Positions 9,803-18,926 of a stretch of 29,784 bases of DNA are shown one piece after another. Origin of the DNA: Tubiluchus corallicola (taxonomy: Eukaryota; Animalia; Priapulida). Position numbers and translations under genes: made by a program. The notes beneath the pieces are model-generated. The model did not search any database, was not told the origin of the DNA, and was given only the letters and a program-made list of their open reading frames with translations. Every line of letters begins with the position of its first letter. Position 1 is the first letter of the stretch. The DNA lies in contig JAQGDQ010002459.1 in NCBI GenBank assembly GCA_030141605.1, positions 1 to 29,784 of the forward strand, read 5' to 3'.

Positions 9803-10990
9803 CTATAATTTTGAACTATCAAATACTACATGCTTTATTGTTTTCACTTTCTTATCCTCCTCAGTATAGGTGTAAGTCAGATGAACTTTTCCATCTTTTG
9901 CTTGAAGAAGAGATGGATAACCATACCGTCCTTTATCATTTTGCTCAATGGTATGATTATGTTCCCACACATCTCCCTCGTTATCAGACAGATAAAGAGA
10001 CAGCTTCCTTCTTCCATCCTCCACATCATTGCATACCATTATCCATCTTCCATCACTCAATACAATGGAAGCAACGCTTGATCCTGGATTAGGTATATCT
10101 AATGGAGCACAAGCAGTCCATGATTGCCCATTATCAGAAGAAGTGCTCATTTGCACCCTTCCTGGAGTAAACCCGTTATCTCGCATATAAGCCACTACTT
10201 CTCCATTCTTTTTCTGCATCAACGAGGGCTGAATATTTCCTCTGCCTACAATTGGCAAACTTGGCTCCCATGTTCGCCCATCATTATCAGAAATAGCAAT
10301 AAGAGAAAGATTGAAGCCATCAGAGTATAGAGGCAACAATATTCTGCCATTTTCTAATATAATTGGGGCAATTCTTGGCATCCAACCTATGCTTCGTTTA
10401 ATTTTATCTTTCACAGCCTCCTTCAACAAGTCATCATATCTTGGTATATACTCTGCCCACGCTATACCATTTAGCTTTGGCAACTGTTCTACTTTTTGGG
10501 CAACATCTTCTACAAAATCATCTCCAGGGTTTAATAAAATATTATCTTGCCATTCCCATTTAGGAGCACCTTTCCCCAAATAATCTTTTGTTGTTTTCAC
10601 CTTTAAGATAGCTCCCTCCCATTGGTTGCTATAAACAGCAATCCATACTAAAAACAGTTTTTGGTCTTTATTTAAAAACATAATTGGATTACAATCAGGA
10701 ACATTCTCTGTATCTGCCATTTCAAATGGTTCACTCCATTTTTTTTGTCCTTTTTTTAACCTCGCTCCCATTAATTTCACATCATTTGCCTTGCGCTCTC
10801 CTGTTCCATAAAACCAAACCGTTAAAAAATCTCCATTAGGTAGCTCCACAATAGAGCTAGAGTGTGAGTGTTTGTCCTGTAATGGAAAAATATATTTCTC
10901 ACTTACAATTTTTTTATGCTTTGTCTGTGCATGAGCGTTCAATAGTGCCATGGATAATATTACTGATGTAATAAATTTTAATTTTTTCAT
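9803..10990 (-). CDS. Exported BNR/Asp-box repeat sialidase-like (beta-propeller) protein
   Basis: Signal peptide (AHA-Q), HSSSIVELPNGD, Asp-boxes SDNDGRTW, SSDNGQSW and SDNEGDVW, and YGYPSLLQAKDGKVHLTYT. Confidence 0.85.
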   Translation of the reverse strand: MKKLKFITSVILSMALLNAHAQTKHKKIVSEKYIFPLQDKHSHSSSIVELPNGDFLTVWFYGTGERKANDVKLMGARLKKGQKKWSEPFEMADTENVPDCNPIMFLNKDQKLFLVWIAVYSNQWEGAILKVKTTKDYLGKGAPKWEWQDNILLNPGDDFVEDVAQKVEQLPKLNGIAWAEYIPRYDDLLKEAVKDKIKRSIGWMPRIAPIILENGRILLPLYSDGFNLSLIAISDNDGRTWEPSLPIVGRGNIQPSLMQKKNGEVVAYMRDNGFTPGRVQMSTSSDNGQSWTACAPLDIPNPGSSVASIVLSDGRWIMVCNDVEDGRRKLSLYLSDNEGDVWEHNHTIEQNDKGRYGYPSLLQAKDGKVHLTYTYTEEDKKVKTIKHVVFDSSKL

Positions 10991-11011
10991 AATAACATAA
11001 TGTTTAATAAT

Positions 11012-11696
11012 TTAAAGTTGACAAATTAAACTAATAATTTTTTGTGTTTGTGCCTCAAAAGTCAAGTTGGTAGTGTCTATTACAATAGCATCTTTACTTT
11101 TTTTCAAAGGGCTTTTTTTGCGTTGACTATCTTTCAAATCTCTTTGTTTCAAATTGTTATACACCTCATCAAAAGCTACATTTATTCCTTTCTGTTTCAA
11201 TTCATTCATTCTTCTTTGTACCCTTGCCTCTAATGATGCCGTCATAAAAAACTTTATATCTGCTTCAGGGAAAACTACCGTACCTATATCTCTTCCCTCA
11301 ACAATGATACCTTTGCCTTCCTCTTTCATTTTTCTTTGCTCCTGAACTAATTTATCTCGTATTTCAGGTATTGCACTTACAGCACTTACCATATTAGATA
11401 CTTTCATTTTTCTTATCTCCTGTTCCACATTTTTTCCATCCAAAAAAACTTCACTTTCATTTGTCTTTTGATTTATTTTAAAGCTAATTTTCAAATTTTT
11501 TAACAAATTATCAACTTGTAATTTATTATTCAAATCGGCATGGCAGGCCAAAAAATACAATGTGACAGCTCTATACATTGCTCCTGAACATATATGAAAT
11601 TTAGCTTTTTTGCAACTTCCTTAGCAGTAGAACTTTTTCCACATCCGCTATTTCCATCTATTGCAACGACCAATCCTTTACTTTTTCTTTTCGCAT
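11012..11696 (-). CDS. cmk: Cytidylate kinase (apparent frameshift near 11588; start uncertain)
   Basis: VVAIDGNSGCGKSSTAK is in one frame. SGAMYRAVT, VEGRDIGTVVFPEA and RDLKDSQR are in another. The expected DSGAMYR lacks about 4 nt. Confidence 0.9.
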
Positions 11697-11891
11697 GGAC
11701 AGGGTACAGAGTATTTTTTCTTATGTCGTGTTTGATGATTTGAGACACAGTTTGCAAGAATAAACACTATAGTACAAAAAATAACTATAACCTTATACTT
11801 CATAATGCATTTTTAATGCAATTTAAAAAATATTTTATTTTTATGTTTATATTCGTGATTAATTTATTGTTTTAATTTCAAAAATCAGAAA

Positions 11892-12502
11892 ATGTTTACA
11901 GGAATTGTAGAAACAATGGGCAGTATTGTAAAGATTGTTAAAGAAAAAAATAACAAAATTTTTACTATACAACAAAAATAGCTCAAGAGCTAAAAATAGA
12001 TCAAAGTGTTTCGCACAATGGCGTATGTCTAACCATAACGAAAGTGCAAGGTAATGAATATGAAGTAGAAGCAGTAGAAGAAACATTATCAAAAAGTAAC
12101 CTTGGGTTATTAAAAACAGGAGAGTTAATAAATTTAGAACGTTGTATGGTAATGAATGGGCGTCTTGATGGGCATATTGTATTGGGGCATATAGATCAAA
12201 CTGCAAAATGTAAAAATATAGAAAACGCTAACGGAAGTTGGCTCTTTGATTTCGAGTTCCACGATAAGCAAAAAAATTCAAATTTAATAGTTGAAAAGGG
12301 ATCTATTTGTATCAATGGGATAAGTTTAACTGCATTTAATTGCAAAGAAAATAACTTTAGAGTGGCAATTATTCCCTTTACATTTACTCATACAAATTTT
12401 AAACATTTGAAGGTTGGAAGTGTTGTAAATTTGGAATTTGATGTAATAGGAAAATATGTTCAAAAGATGTTAGGTGAAAATTCGAAAAAAGATACTGAAT
12501 AG
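11892..12502 (+). CDS. ribE: Riboflavin synthase alpha chain (apparent 1-nt frameshift near 11972)
   Basis: The hallmark N-terminus MFTGIVE starts at 11892. After the shift it reads DQSVSHNGVCLT, NLERCM, GRLDGHIVLGHID, KGSICINGISLT and VNLEFDVIGKY. Confidence 0.92.
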
Positions 12503-12505
12503 AAA

Positions 12506-12541
12506 TAAAAAGCTATTGAAAAAAAAGGTTGTAGCTTTTTA
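12506..12541. terminator. Putative bidirectional terminator between ribE and the permease gene
   Basis: TAAAAAGCTA (12506-12515) and TAGCTTTTTA (12532-12541) form a perfect 10-bp inverted repeat filling the convergent intergenic gap. Confidence 0.55.
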
Positions 12542-12543
12542 AC

Positions 12544-13781
12544 TTACAAAAGTAACTTTCGCGTTATTTTTACTTTTGACGCTAAAAGTGATGGGTAAAA
12601 AGAAAATAGAAATGTAATGCCTACTATTCCCAAATAGGTAAATAAAAAATCAAGAAATTGCATTTCAACTGGATAACTTTTTACAGCAGAGGCATCGACT
12701 CCTATTTTAATAAATCCAAACTGTTGTTGAAGAAAACAGACAAGAAAACCTATTATTATTCCAATGGTCGCTCCTGTTAGAGCAATTAAAAAACTTTCTA
12801 TTAAAAAAATAGATGTATTGTCTTTCTACGCACCCCCATTGCATAAAGCAGAGCAATGTCTTTCTGCTTATCTACTGATAACATGGTGAGGGAGTACAAT
12901 ATATTGAAAGAGGCAACCGACAAAATAAAAATAAATATTAAATATAAGAACATCTTTTCTGTTTTCAACACTTTTAATAAATCTGAGTGCTGCTCATCTT
13001 TCGTCAAAACATCAAATCGAGCTCCCACAACATTTTCAATCTTCTTTTGAATATTTGCAATTGAAGCTTGTGCATTTGTAAACACCTCTATAGCAGTTCG
13101 TTTGTTATTATATTCTAACAGCTGCTCTGCAAACCACAAAGGAACAAAAATGTATTTATCATCGTATTGCCTTTCTAACGAAAAAACTCCTGAAAGCAAA
13201 ATATCTTGCTGGTTTACACTCTGCATTTGGCTTATTGTAGAGATCCCTTTAAGATTGCGTTTAGGATAATAAAATTTCAATGGGTTGATATTATTATTAG
13301 GATTTGTTATAGATAAGATATATTGCACTCCTCTTCCTATTACTGCATAGTTCATCCCTTTATCTACTAATAAAAATTTTCCTTGGAATATTTTATCTAT
13401 TAATTGAGTATGTTGAGCATATTCCTGTGTAACTCCCTTAATTTTTGCCACCATCATAGAGCTTTGATACTCCACATACACATTGTCTTCTATTACTTCC
13501 TCTATGTATTCTACTCCTTTTACTTGCTTTATATCCTCCAGTAAATTGTCAGAAACCACAAATGATTTTCCTACTTTAAGAGTTATTTTTAAATCTGGAT
13601 CAAAAGAACCGTGCAAAATTTTTATGAAATTTTCCAAACCATTGAAAACAGATAAGACAATGATCAGGGCAGCAATTCCAACAACTACTGCTAACATAGA
13701 AATAATGGAGATGATGTTTATAAAATTCTTCTTTTTAGTAGAGAAAAAATATTTTTTTGCAATAAACAATGAGAAATTCAC
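12544..13781 (-). CDS. LolC/E (FtsX-like) ABC transporter permease (apparent frameshift near 12813)
   Basis: FIAKKYFFS, ALIIVLSVFNGLE and ASFNILYSLTML...DIALLYAMG. The reading continues in another frame as IFLIESFLIALTGATIG...QQQFGFIK...YPVEM...FYPS to a TAA at 12544. Confidence 0.85.
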
Positions 13782-13793
13782 AGTGCAAAAATT

Positions 13794-14180
13794 TTATTCG
13801 TCGCCTTTTGAAGGATTAATATTCAATGATTTGAGCAGCTCATTCATTTTGGTAGCATGTTCCATGCTTTGATCTTTGTAAAAAATTAATTCTGGAATTC
13901 TTCTTAATATTTTTCCTGTTCTTTTTCCTAATGACTTTCTTATTTGCCACTTAACGTTATTGATAGTGTCTAACATTGCATCATTATTAGCATTTCTATC
14001 TTTATTGTCAAGTTGTGAATTGGTCAAATATATTTTTGCAATTCCTAAATCAGGCGTAACTTCTACTCTTACAACTGAAACAAGGTATTTATTAAATAGG
14101 TGTTGAACTTCTTTTTGAAAGATTTCGGATAGCTCTTTTTGTATCAGTCTTGCTATTTTTTTCTGCCTAATACTCTCCAT
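13794..14180 (-). CDS. rbfA: Ribosome-binding factor A
   Basis: MESIRQKKIARLIQKELSEIF, VTPDLGIAKIYL and LRRIPELIFYKD. Confidence 0.95.
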   Translation of the reverse strand: MESIRQKKIARLIQKELSEIFQKEVQHLFNKYLVSVVRVEVTPDLGIAKIYLTNSQLDNKDRNANNDAMLDTINNVKWQIRKSLGKRTGKILRRIPELIFYKDQSMEHATKMNELLKSLNINPSKGDE

Positions 14181-14276
14181 TATCTTAATGAGAAATAACT
14201 ATTGTTTTTTTACAGTGCAAAAGACAACAAACAAAAAATTAAAATTTGCTTTCCGTTGTTAGTAAAATTACATTAT

Positions 14277-14738
14277 CTACTTTTCAAGTGTTTGCAAAGA
14301 AGTATACATAATTTTCAAAGCATTTGCATCTCTAAGTTGCTGTTGTACATCAACAACTATTCCCATTTTAGTCTCTTTATCTATTTTCAGTGCTACAGTC
14401 ATGGCTTTCGCTTCACTTTCTGACAACTTATCTCGTTCTTGCTGAACGAACTGTACAATACCTTCCGTTGACACAAAAGCATCATTTACTTGCACCTTGG
14501 GTTCTGCCCCAAACATTTTTTCATTTTGGGGTTTACCAATGTAAATATAGCTTACTAATGACTTTTTTTCAAGTTTTTTTAGCTCTACTGCTTGTGGCAA
14601 TTGAGTGCGCACTAATATATCTGTTTCTCTCAATACGGTAGTTACCATAAAGAAAAATAGTAACATAAATATGATATCAGGCAACGATGATGTTGGTATT
14701 TGCTGGCTTGTTGCAGTCTTTTGTTTAAACTTTGACAT
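14277..14738 (-). CDS. exbD: Biopolymer transporter ExbD/TolR family protein
   Basis: TSSLPDIIFMLLFFFMVTT TM segment with the conserved Asp; LKIDKETKMGIVVDV. Confidence 0.88.
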   Translation of the reverse strand: MSKFKQKTATSQQIPTSSLPDIIFMLLFFFMVTTVLRETDILVRTQLPQAVELKKLEKKSLVSYIYIGKPQNEKMFGAEPKVQVNDAFVSTEGIVQFVQQERDKLSESEAKAMTVALKIDKETKMGIVVDVQQQLRDANALKIMYTSLQTLEK

Positions 14739-14741
14739 AAC

Positions 14742-15368
14742 TCAATTTCCTCCTACTTTTGATGGTTCTGCAATAGAAATATTCATAGGGATACCTATTT
14801 TCCCTCTTTCATAAAGTCTTTTCTCATTAGATTTTTTAGTATCTAACGCTCTATATTCTTCACATGTTATTCCTGCTCTTTCTGCATATATTTCATAATA
14901 TGCTCCTTGAAGTTGGTCTAATACTGCATGATATAATTCATAACTTGTCCCTCTATCTGCCTTAAAGGAAATAACAGCCTCTCTTGGAGAGTCTGAAGAG
15001 CTAGAGCTTCTTTTCACTAGTTGTTGTAAAGATGGAGGAAGGGTGTTAAATATCTGAGCTTCTTCTTCTTCTGGGTTACCCATGTTCAAAATAAACTCCT
15101 TAGCTTTTTCCTTTATTAACTTCACATCCTTCATTGGTTCATCTTGAACTAAAAGCCTATCCTGTGAGTTTACTAGTATTTTAAATAGATTTCTAGCTTG
15201 TTTTTTTACTTCCAAGTCATTATTATCTTGCTTTGGAGGCAAACTCAACATTAATCCCTTATCAGTAGCTATGGTTGTTGTAACTAAAAAGAATATTAAC
15301 AACAAAAAAGCTATATCAGCGGTAGAACTTGAGTTTATTTCTGGAGTTCTGTTAGATCTTTTTGCCAT
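14742..15368 (-). CDS. exbD: Biopolymer transporter ExbD/TolR family protein
   Basis: PEINSSSTADIAFLLLIFFLVTT, ISFKADRGTSY and PMNISIAEP. Confidence 0.88.
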   Translation of the reverse strand: MAKRSNRTPEINSSSTADIAFLLLIFFLVTTTIATDKGLMLSLPPKQDNNDLEVKKQARNLFKILVNSQDRLLVQDEPMKDVKLIKEKAKEFILNMGNPEEEEAQIFNTLPPSLQQLVKRSSSSSDSPREAVISFKADRGTSYELYHAVLDQLQGAYYEIYAERAGITCEEYRALDTKKSNEKRLYERGKIGIPMNISIAEPSKVGGN

Positions 15369-15378
15369 AACATTTTTA

Positions 15379-15744
15379 TTATTTGATTAAACGCAAAAAT
15401 GATAATACTTCACTGACAATAACTCCTAAAAACGTTAAGCCTAACATTATGTACATAAGTATTACCATTCCTCCCAATGACTTTGACATGCCTGGAGTTA
15501 TGCTAAACTTAGAATATACTTCTGTAACTTCATCTCCTGAAACAAAATATGCTATAAAATATAGAACAGCAAATACAGCTACTATTATAAACATATTTAT
15601 TAAATTTTTAGGATATTTTATAGACTGAATTAAAGGAAATACAAAAATTAGCACTACACATCCTATTGCAAAAATGTAACCAGTGTATAAAAACAAATCT
15701 ACTAATAATCTTGAAGCATCTCCTGATTGTTCTACTGTTCCCAT
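15379..15744 (-). CDS. Small three-TM membrane protein of the Bacteroidota exbB-orf-exbD-exbD cluster
   Basis: Three hydrophobic segments; position between exbB and exbD. Confidence 0.75.
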   Translation of the reverse strand: MGTVEQSGDASRLLVDLFLYTGYIFAIGCVVLIFVFPLIQSIKYPKNLINMFIIVAVFAVLYFIAYFVSGDEVTEVYSKFSITPGMSKSLGGMVILMYIMLGLTFLGVIVSEVLSFLRLIK

Positions 15745-15769
15745 AATTGTGTATTTTTTTATATTTATT

Positions 15770-16585
15770 TTATTTTTTTGTCACTTCATTTTTGACCAAC
15801 ATGTCAACAAATGTTATTGATGCATTTTCCATATGGTTAACAATTGCATCTACTTTAAATACACAATAGTTGTAAAATAATTGCAAAATAATCGCAACAA
15901 TAAGTCCACCTACGGTTGTTATCAAAGCTACCTTAATACCTCCTGCCACAAGGTTAGGAGAAACATCTCCTGCAGCTGCAATGGCATCAAATGCTCCAAT
16001 CATACCTACTACTGTTCCTAAGAAACCTAACATAGGGGCTAGGGAGATAAATAATGAAATCCACACTAAGCCTTTTTCTAATTTTCCTAATTGTACGGAG
16101 CCATACCCTACAATTGACTTTTCTACCATTTCAATACCTTCTGAAAGTCTTAACAATCCTTGCATAAATATGGAGGCAATTGGACCTCTTGTAGACTTAC
16201 ATATTTCTTTTGCACCTTCTACATCTTTCTTCTCTAATGCTTGTTCTATTTTATTTAAAAAGACTTTTATATTTGTTGATGATAAATTCAAAACTATAAT
16301 TCTTTCTATTGCAACAGCTAAGCCAAATATTAAACACATCACTACCGCTGTCATAAAACGCCAGTCACCTTCTATGAATTTTTCTTTAATAATTTGGTGA
16401 AAACCCACTTCCTGTATTTCTTCTTCATCTTCTTCTGTTTCTTCAAAAGGAGTAGAGGCAATTTGTTCTTGCTCTTCTTGTTGCTCTTGCTCTTGTTGCT
16501 CCTGCTCTGCATTTTGCGCTAGAACATTAACACTTGTTCCAAAACAAATCATTGAAACAATTAAAATGGACATTAGTTTTTTCAT
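15770..16585 (-). CDS. exbB: MotA/TolQ/ExbB proton channel family protein
   Basis: LAPMLGFLGTVVGMIGAFDAI, VAGGIKVALITTVGGLIVAI and KFIEGDWRFM; signal peptide followed by a Q/E-rich linker. Confidence 0.9.
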   Translation of the reverse strand: MKKLMSILIVSMICFGTSVNVLAQNAEQEQQEQEQQEEQEQIASTPFEETEEDEEEIQEVGFHQIIKEKFIEGDWRFMTAVVMCLIFGLAVAIERIIVLNLSSTNIKVFLNKIEQALEKKDVEGAKEICKSTRGPIASIFMQGLLRLSEGIEMVEKSIVGYGSVQLGKLEKGLVWISLFISLAPMLGFLGTVVGMIGAFDAIAAAGDVSPNLVAGGIKVALITTVGGLIVAIILQLFYNYCVFKVDAIVNHMENASITFVDMLVKNEVTKK

Positions 16586-16699
16586 AATTTTATTTATTCA
16601 GAATTTTAATTTACTTTAACTTTCAATTTTTATGTACACCATCACTTTTGCATGGGTTACTACTCTTTCATTCCATGCTTTACTTCATTATAGTTTTTG

Positions 16700-16789
16700 C
16701 GGAGAGAGAGGGATTCGAACCCTCGATACCCTTTGTAAGAGTATACTCACTTTCCAGGCGAGCACCTTAAGCCACTCGGTCACCTCTCC
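16700..16789 (-). tRNA. tRNA-Ser(GGA), CCA not encoded
   Basis: Minus strand GGAGAGGTGACCGAGTGGCTTAAGGTG CTCGC-CT-GGA-AA-GTGAG, long variable arm, GAGGGTTCGAATCCCTC T-arm, TCTCTCC acceptor strand and G discriminator. Confidence 0.97.
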
Positions 16790-16813
16790 TTTACTCTCTC
16801 TCTCTGAGTTTAG

Positions 16814-16821
16814 CAAAAGTA
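16814..16821 (-). promoter_or_regulatory. -7 promoter element (TACTTTTG) for tRNA-Ser and possibly the exbB cluster
   Basis: Matches TAnnTTTG about 25 nt upstream of the tRNA 5' end. Confidence 0.6.
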
Positions 16822-17010
16822 TAAAAACGCCTTTTCGCAACTCATCTTTACAAAGAAAGAAATTAATATTTTTTTTATCAAATTTTTTGTCAAATTTTTT
16901 TGTTTTTTGACAAAAAAACATCGTATAAATGTTTAAAATACACTTATTGGCTGTTTTGGGTAACTAGCTTTAATATTTTTTAAGCCTCCTTCATTTGTTT
17001 CTATAAAAAA

Positions 17011-18039
17011 TTAAAAATTAGCAAGTTGACCACATGCTGCACAAATATCTCTTCCTCTACTTAGACGTATATTGACAACATGTTTTTTGTTTTTTAAATA
17101 ATTATAAAAAATTTCAATTTTATTTTGAGAAGAGGGAATAAAGTCGGAGAATTTTATTTTGTTATATTCAATCAAATTTATATTACAAGGGATTTTTTTT
17201 GCAAATTCGGACAATTCTTTTGCACCTTGTAATGTGTCATTAAAACCATTTAATAGGGTGTACTCAATGGTTATTTTATTTTTAGTGGTGTTATAAAAAT
17301 ATCGCAGTGCCTCACTAAGCATAGAGAGATTATTGGTGCTATTAATGGGCATTATTTGACTTCGTTTATCATTATTTGCTGCATGTAGTGAAATTGCCAA
17401 TTTTATATTTAACTTCTTGTCTGCCAGCTCTTTTATTTTTTTGACTATTCCTGCTGTTGATAGGGTTATTCTTTTTGATGACATTCCTAATCCATGTGGC
17501 GAGTTGATCATTTTTATTGCCCCCAAAACGTTGTTAAAATTAAGTAGAGGTTCTCCCATACCCATAAAAACAAGGTTGGTTAGGGGTTTATTAAATTGTT
17601 CTTCTGCTTGCTGCTTTATGATGACTACTTGGTCAAAAATTTCATATAACTCTAAATTTCTCCGTTCTTTCAAATATCCTGTTGCACAAAATTTACAAGA
17701 TAATGAGCAGCCTACTTGTGATGAAATACATGCTGTCATTCTGTTTTCAGCAGGTATCAAAACCCCTTCTGTAAATAAGTTATCAGTAAGCTGAAAAAGA
17801 AATTTTATGGTCCTATCCTTTGATACTTGCTGCTTTTGTATAGCAATATTGGCTATATAAAAATTATTTTCTAATAACTTTTTTGTAGCCTCAGAAAGAT
17901 TAGTCATTTTTGCAAAGCTTGAGACTTGTTTTTGCCAAACCCACTCATACACTTGCTTTGCTCTAAACGCTTTTTCGCCATTATTAGTAAAAAAAGTCGT
18001 TAAATCTATTAATGACAATAGCTTTATATTTTTCTTCAT
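17011..18039 (-). CDS. rlmN: 23S rRNA (adenine-C2) methyltransferase RlmN, radical SAM
   Basis: CISSQVGCSLSCKFCATG (CxxxCxxC), VFMGMGEPLLN, LAISLHA and AACGQL. Confidence 0.96.
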   Translation of the reverse strand: MKKNIKLLSLIDLTTFFTNNGEKAFRAKQVYEWVWQKQVSSFAKMTNLSEATKKLLENNFYIANIAIQKQQVSKDRTIKFLFQLTDNLFTEGVLIPAENRMTACISSQVGCSLSCKFCATGYLKERRNLELYEIFDQVVIIKQQAEEQFNKPLTNLVFMGMGEPLLNFNNVLGAIKMINSPHGLGMSSKRITLSTAGIVKKIKELADKKLNIKLAISLHAANNDKRSQIMPINSTNNLSMLSEALRYFYNTTKNKITIEYTLLNGFNDTLQGAKELSEFAKKIPCNINLIEYNKIKFSDFIPSSQNKIEIFYNYLKNKKHVVNIRLSRGRDICAACGQLANF

Positions 18040-18113
18040 ATTACAATCATATTTCTTCAGGCTAATTTCAATGTCGTTTTTTATGTCAAAGGAAAGATAT
18101 TTGCCTGCTATTA

Positions 18114-18301
18114 CTACTCTTCCTCATCATCAAGTCATCGTCAAGATCATCATCATCAAAATCATCATCGTCAAAGTCGTCGTCATCAAGATCATCTTCA
18201 AACCTAGTAGTAATTTGTTTTTGGGGCAAAAACAAACTGGATGATTGATTATCTACAAAAGCAGGAAACTCATCTAAAAACTTGCCATTTATAGTTTTCA
18301 T
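18114..18301 (-). CDS. Small, very acidic hypothetical protein with a (DDDD-F/L)n tail; apparent 1-nt frameshift near 18132
   Basis: The ORF from ATG 18301 reads ...FEDDLDDDDFDDDDFDDDDLDDD. Adding one base gives (F/L)DDEEE followed by TAG TAA TAG. Synonymous GAT/GAC variation suggests it is coding. Confidence 0.65.
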
Positions 18302-18342
18302 GTTTCTATTGTTTTTTATTTTAGATAAATGTTTTAAACGAA

Positions 18343-18373
18343 ATCAAATTTAAAAATAATTTTTAAATTTGAT
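18343..18373. promoter_or_regulatory. Perfect 14-bp inverted repeat containing TAAATTTG on both strands (operator/promoter or folA terminator)
   Basis: ATCAAATTTAAAAA-TAA-TTTTTAAATTTGAT read directly. Confidence 0.6.
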
Positions 18374-18413
18374 AACAAAAGAAAAGGTTTTTTGGCTTTA
18401 AAAAATCATCTTT

Positions 18414-18926
18414 TTACATATTCACAAAATTGATATACAAGTAGTTCCCTCTACAGCGTGTGGTGTGTTTCAATCGTTCAGAAGAGGTTGTGTCTTTCCA
18501 TTTTTCTTCTAATTTGGGAAAGTATGTATCCCCCTCACATTCCTTAAAAATTTTCGTGATATACAGCTTGTTAATTGTATACTGTCCGCCATCAATTCCT
18601 CTGAGTGCTTGCTTATATACCCTCTCCCCTCCTATAATAAATGCTTCTGTTTCGTTATTGGATTTTGCTATCTCAATAGCCTCTTTTAGGCTATATGCCA
18701 TTACTACTCCTTTTATGTTTAGCTTTTGATTTCTTGTAACTACTATGTTTGTTCGACCTGGCAGTGGCTTCCCTATAGATTCAAAAGTTTTTCTCCCCAT
18801 AATAATATGGTGCCCCATTGTTAACTTTTTAAAATGCTTCAAATCAGCAGGCAAATGCCATGGCATTTTATTGTCTTTTCCAATAACGTTATTTTGTGAA
18901 GTAGCTACTATTATAGAAATGGTCAT
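18414..18926 (-). CDS. folA: Dihydrofolate reductase
   Basis: IVATSQNNVIGKDNKMPWHLPADLKHFK, IMGRKTFESIGKPLPGRTNIVVTR, IIGG and EGDTYFP. Confidence 0.96.
   Translation of the reverse strand: MTISIIVATSQNNVIGKDNKMPWHLPADLKHFKKLTMGHHIIMGRKTFESIGKPLPGRTNIVVTRNQKLNIKGVVMAYSLKEAIEIAKSNNETEAFIIGGERVYKQALRGIDGGQYTINKLYITKIFKECEGDTYFPKLEEKWKDTTSSERLKHTTRCRGNYLYINFVNM

Noticed and set aside
11804-11822. TGCATT-TTT-AATGCA inverted repeat between divergent cmk and ribE as an operator, and a possible FMN riboswitch upstream of ribE
   Set aside because: The repeat is only 6 bp in very AT-rich DNA. The leader is short and lacks the conserved RFN sequence blocks.
16632-16921. ORFs 16632-16910 (+) and 16688-16921 (-)
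   Set aside because: They overlap the tRNA-Ser gene and its promoter and have no protein-like features.
16590-17010. tRNA-Ser as an integration site for an island or prophage
   Set aside because: No integrase and no duplicated tRNA 3' end were seen, and the flanks are core genes.
18086-18130. C-terminal MMRKSSNSRQISFL of the acidic ORF as a clamp-binding-like motif
   Set aside because: It is probably out-of-frame sequence created by a 1-nt deletion. The alternative frame ends DDEEE with three stops.
17011-18301. Radical SAM gene plus small ORF as a RiPP cluster
   Set aside because: The radical SAM protein is a canonical RlmN (MGMGEP, AACGQL) with no SPASM/RRE features, and no peptidase or exporter is adjacent.
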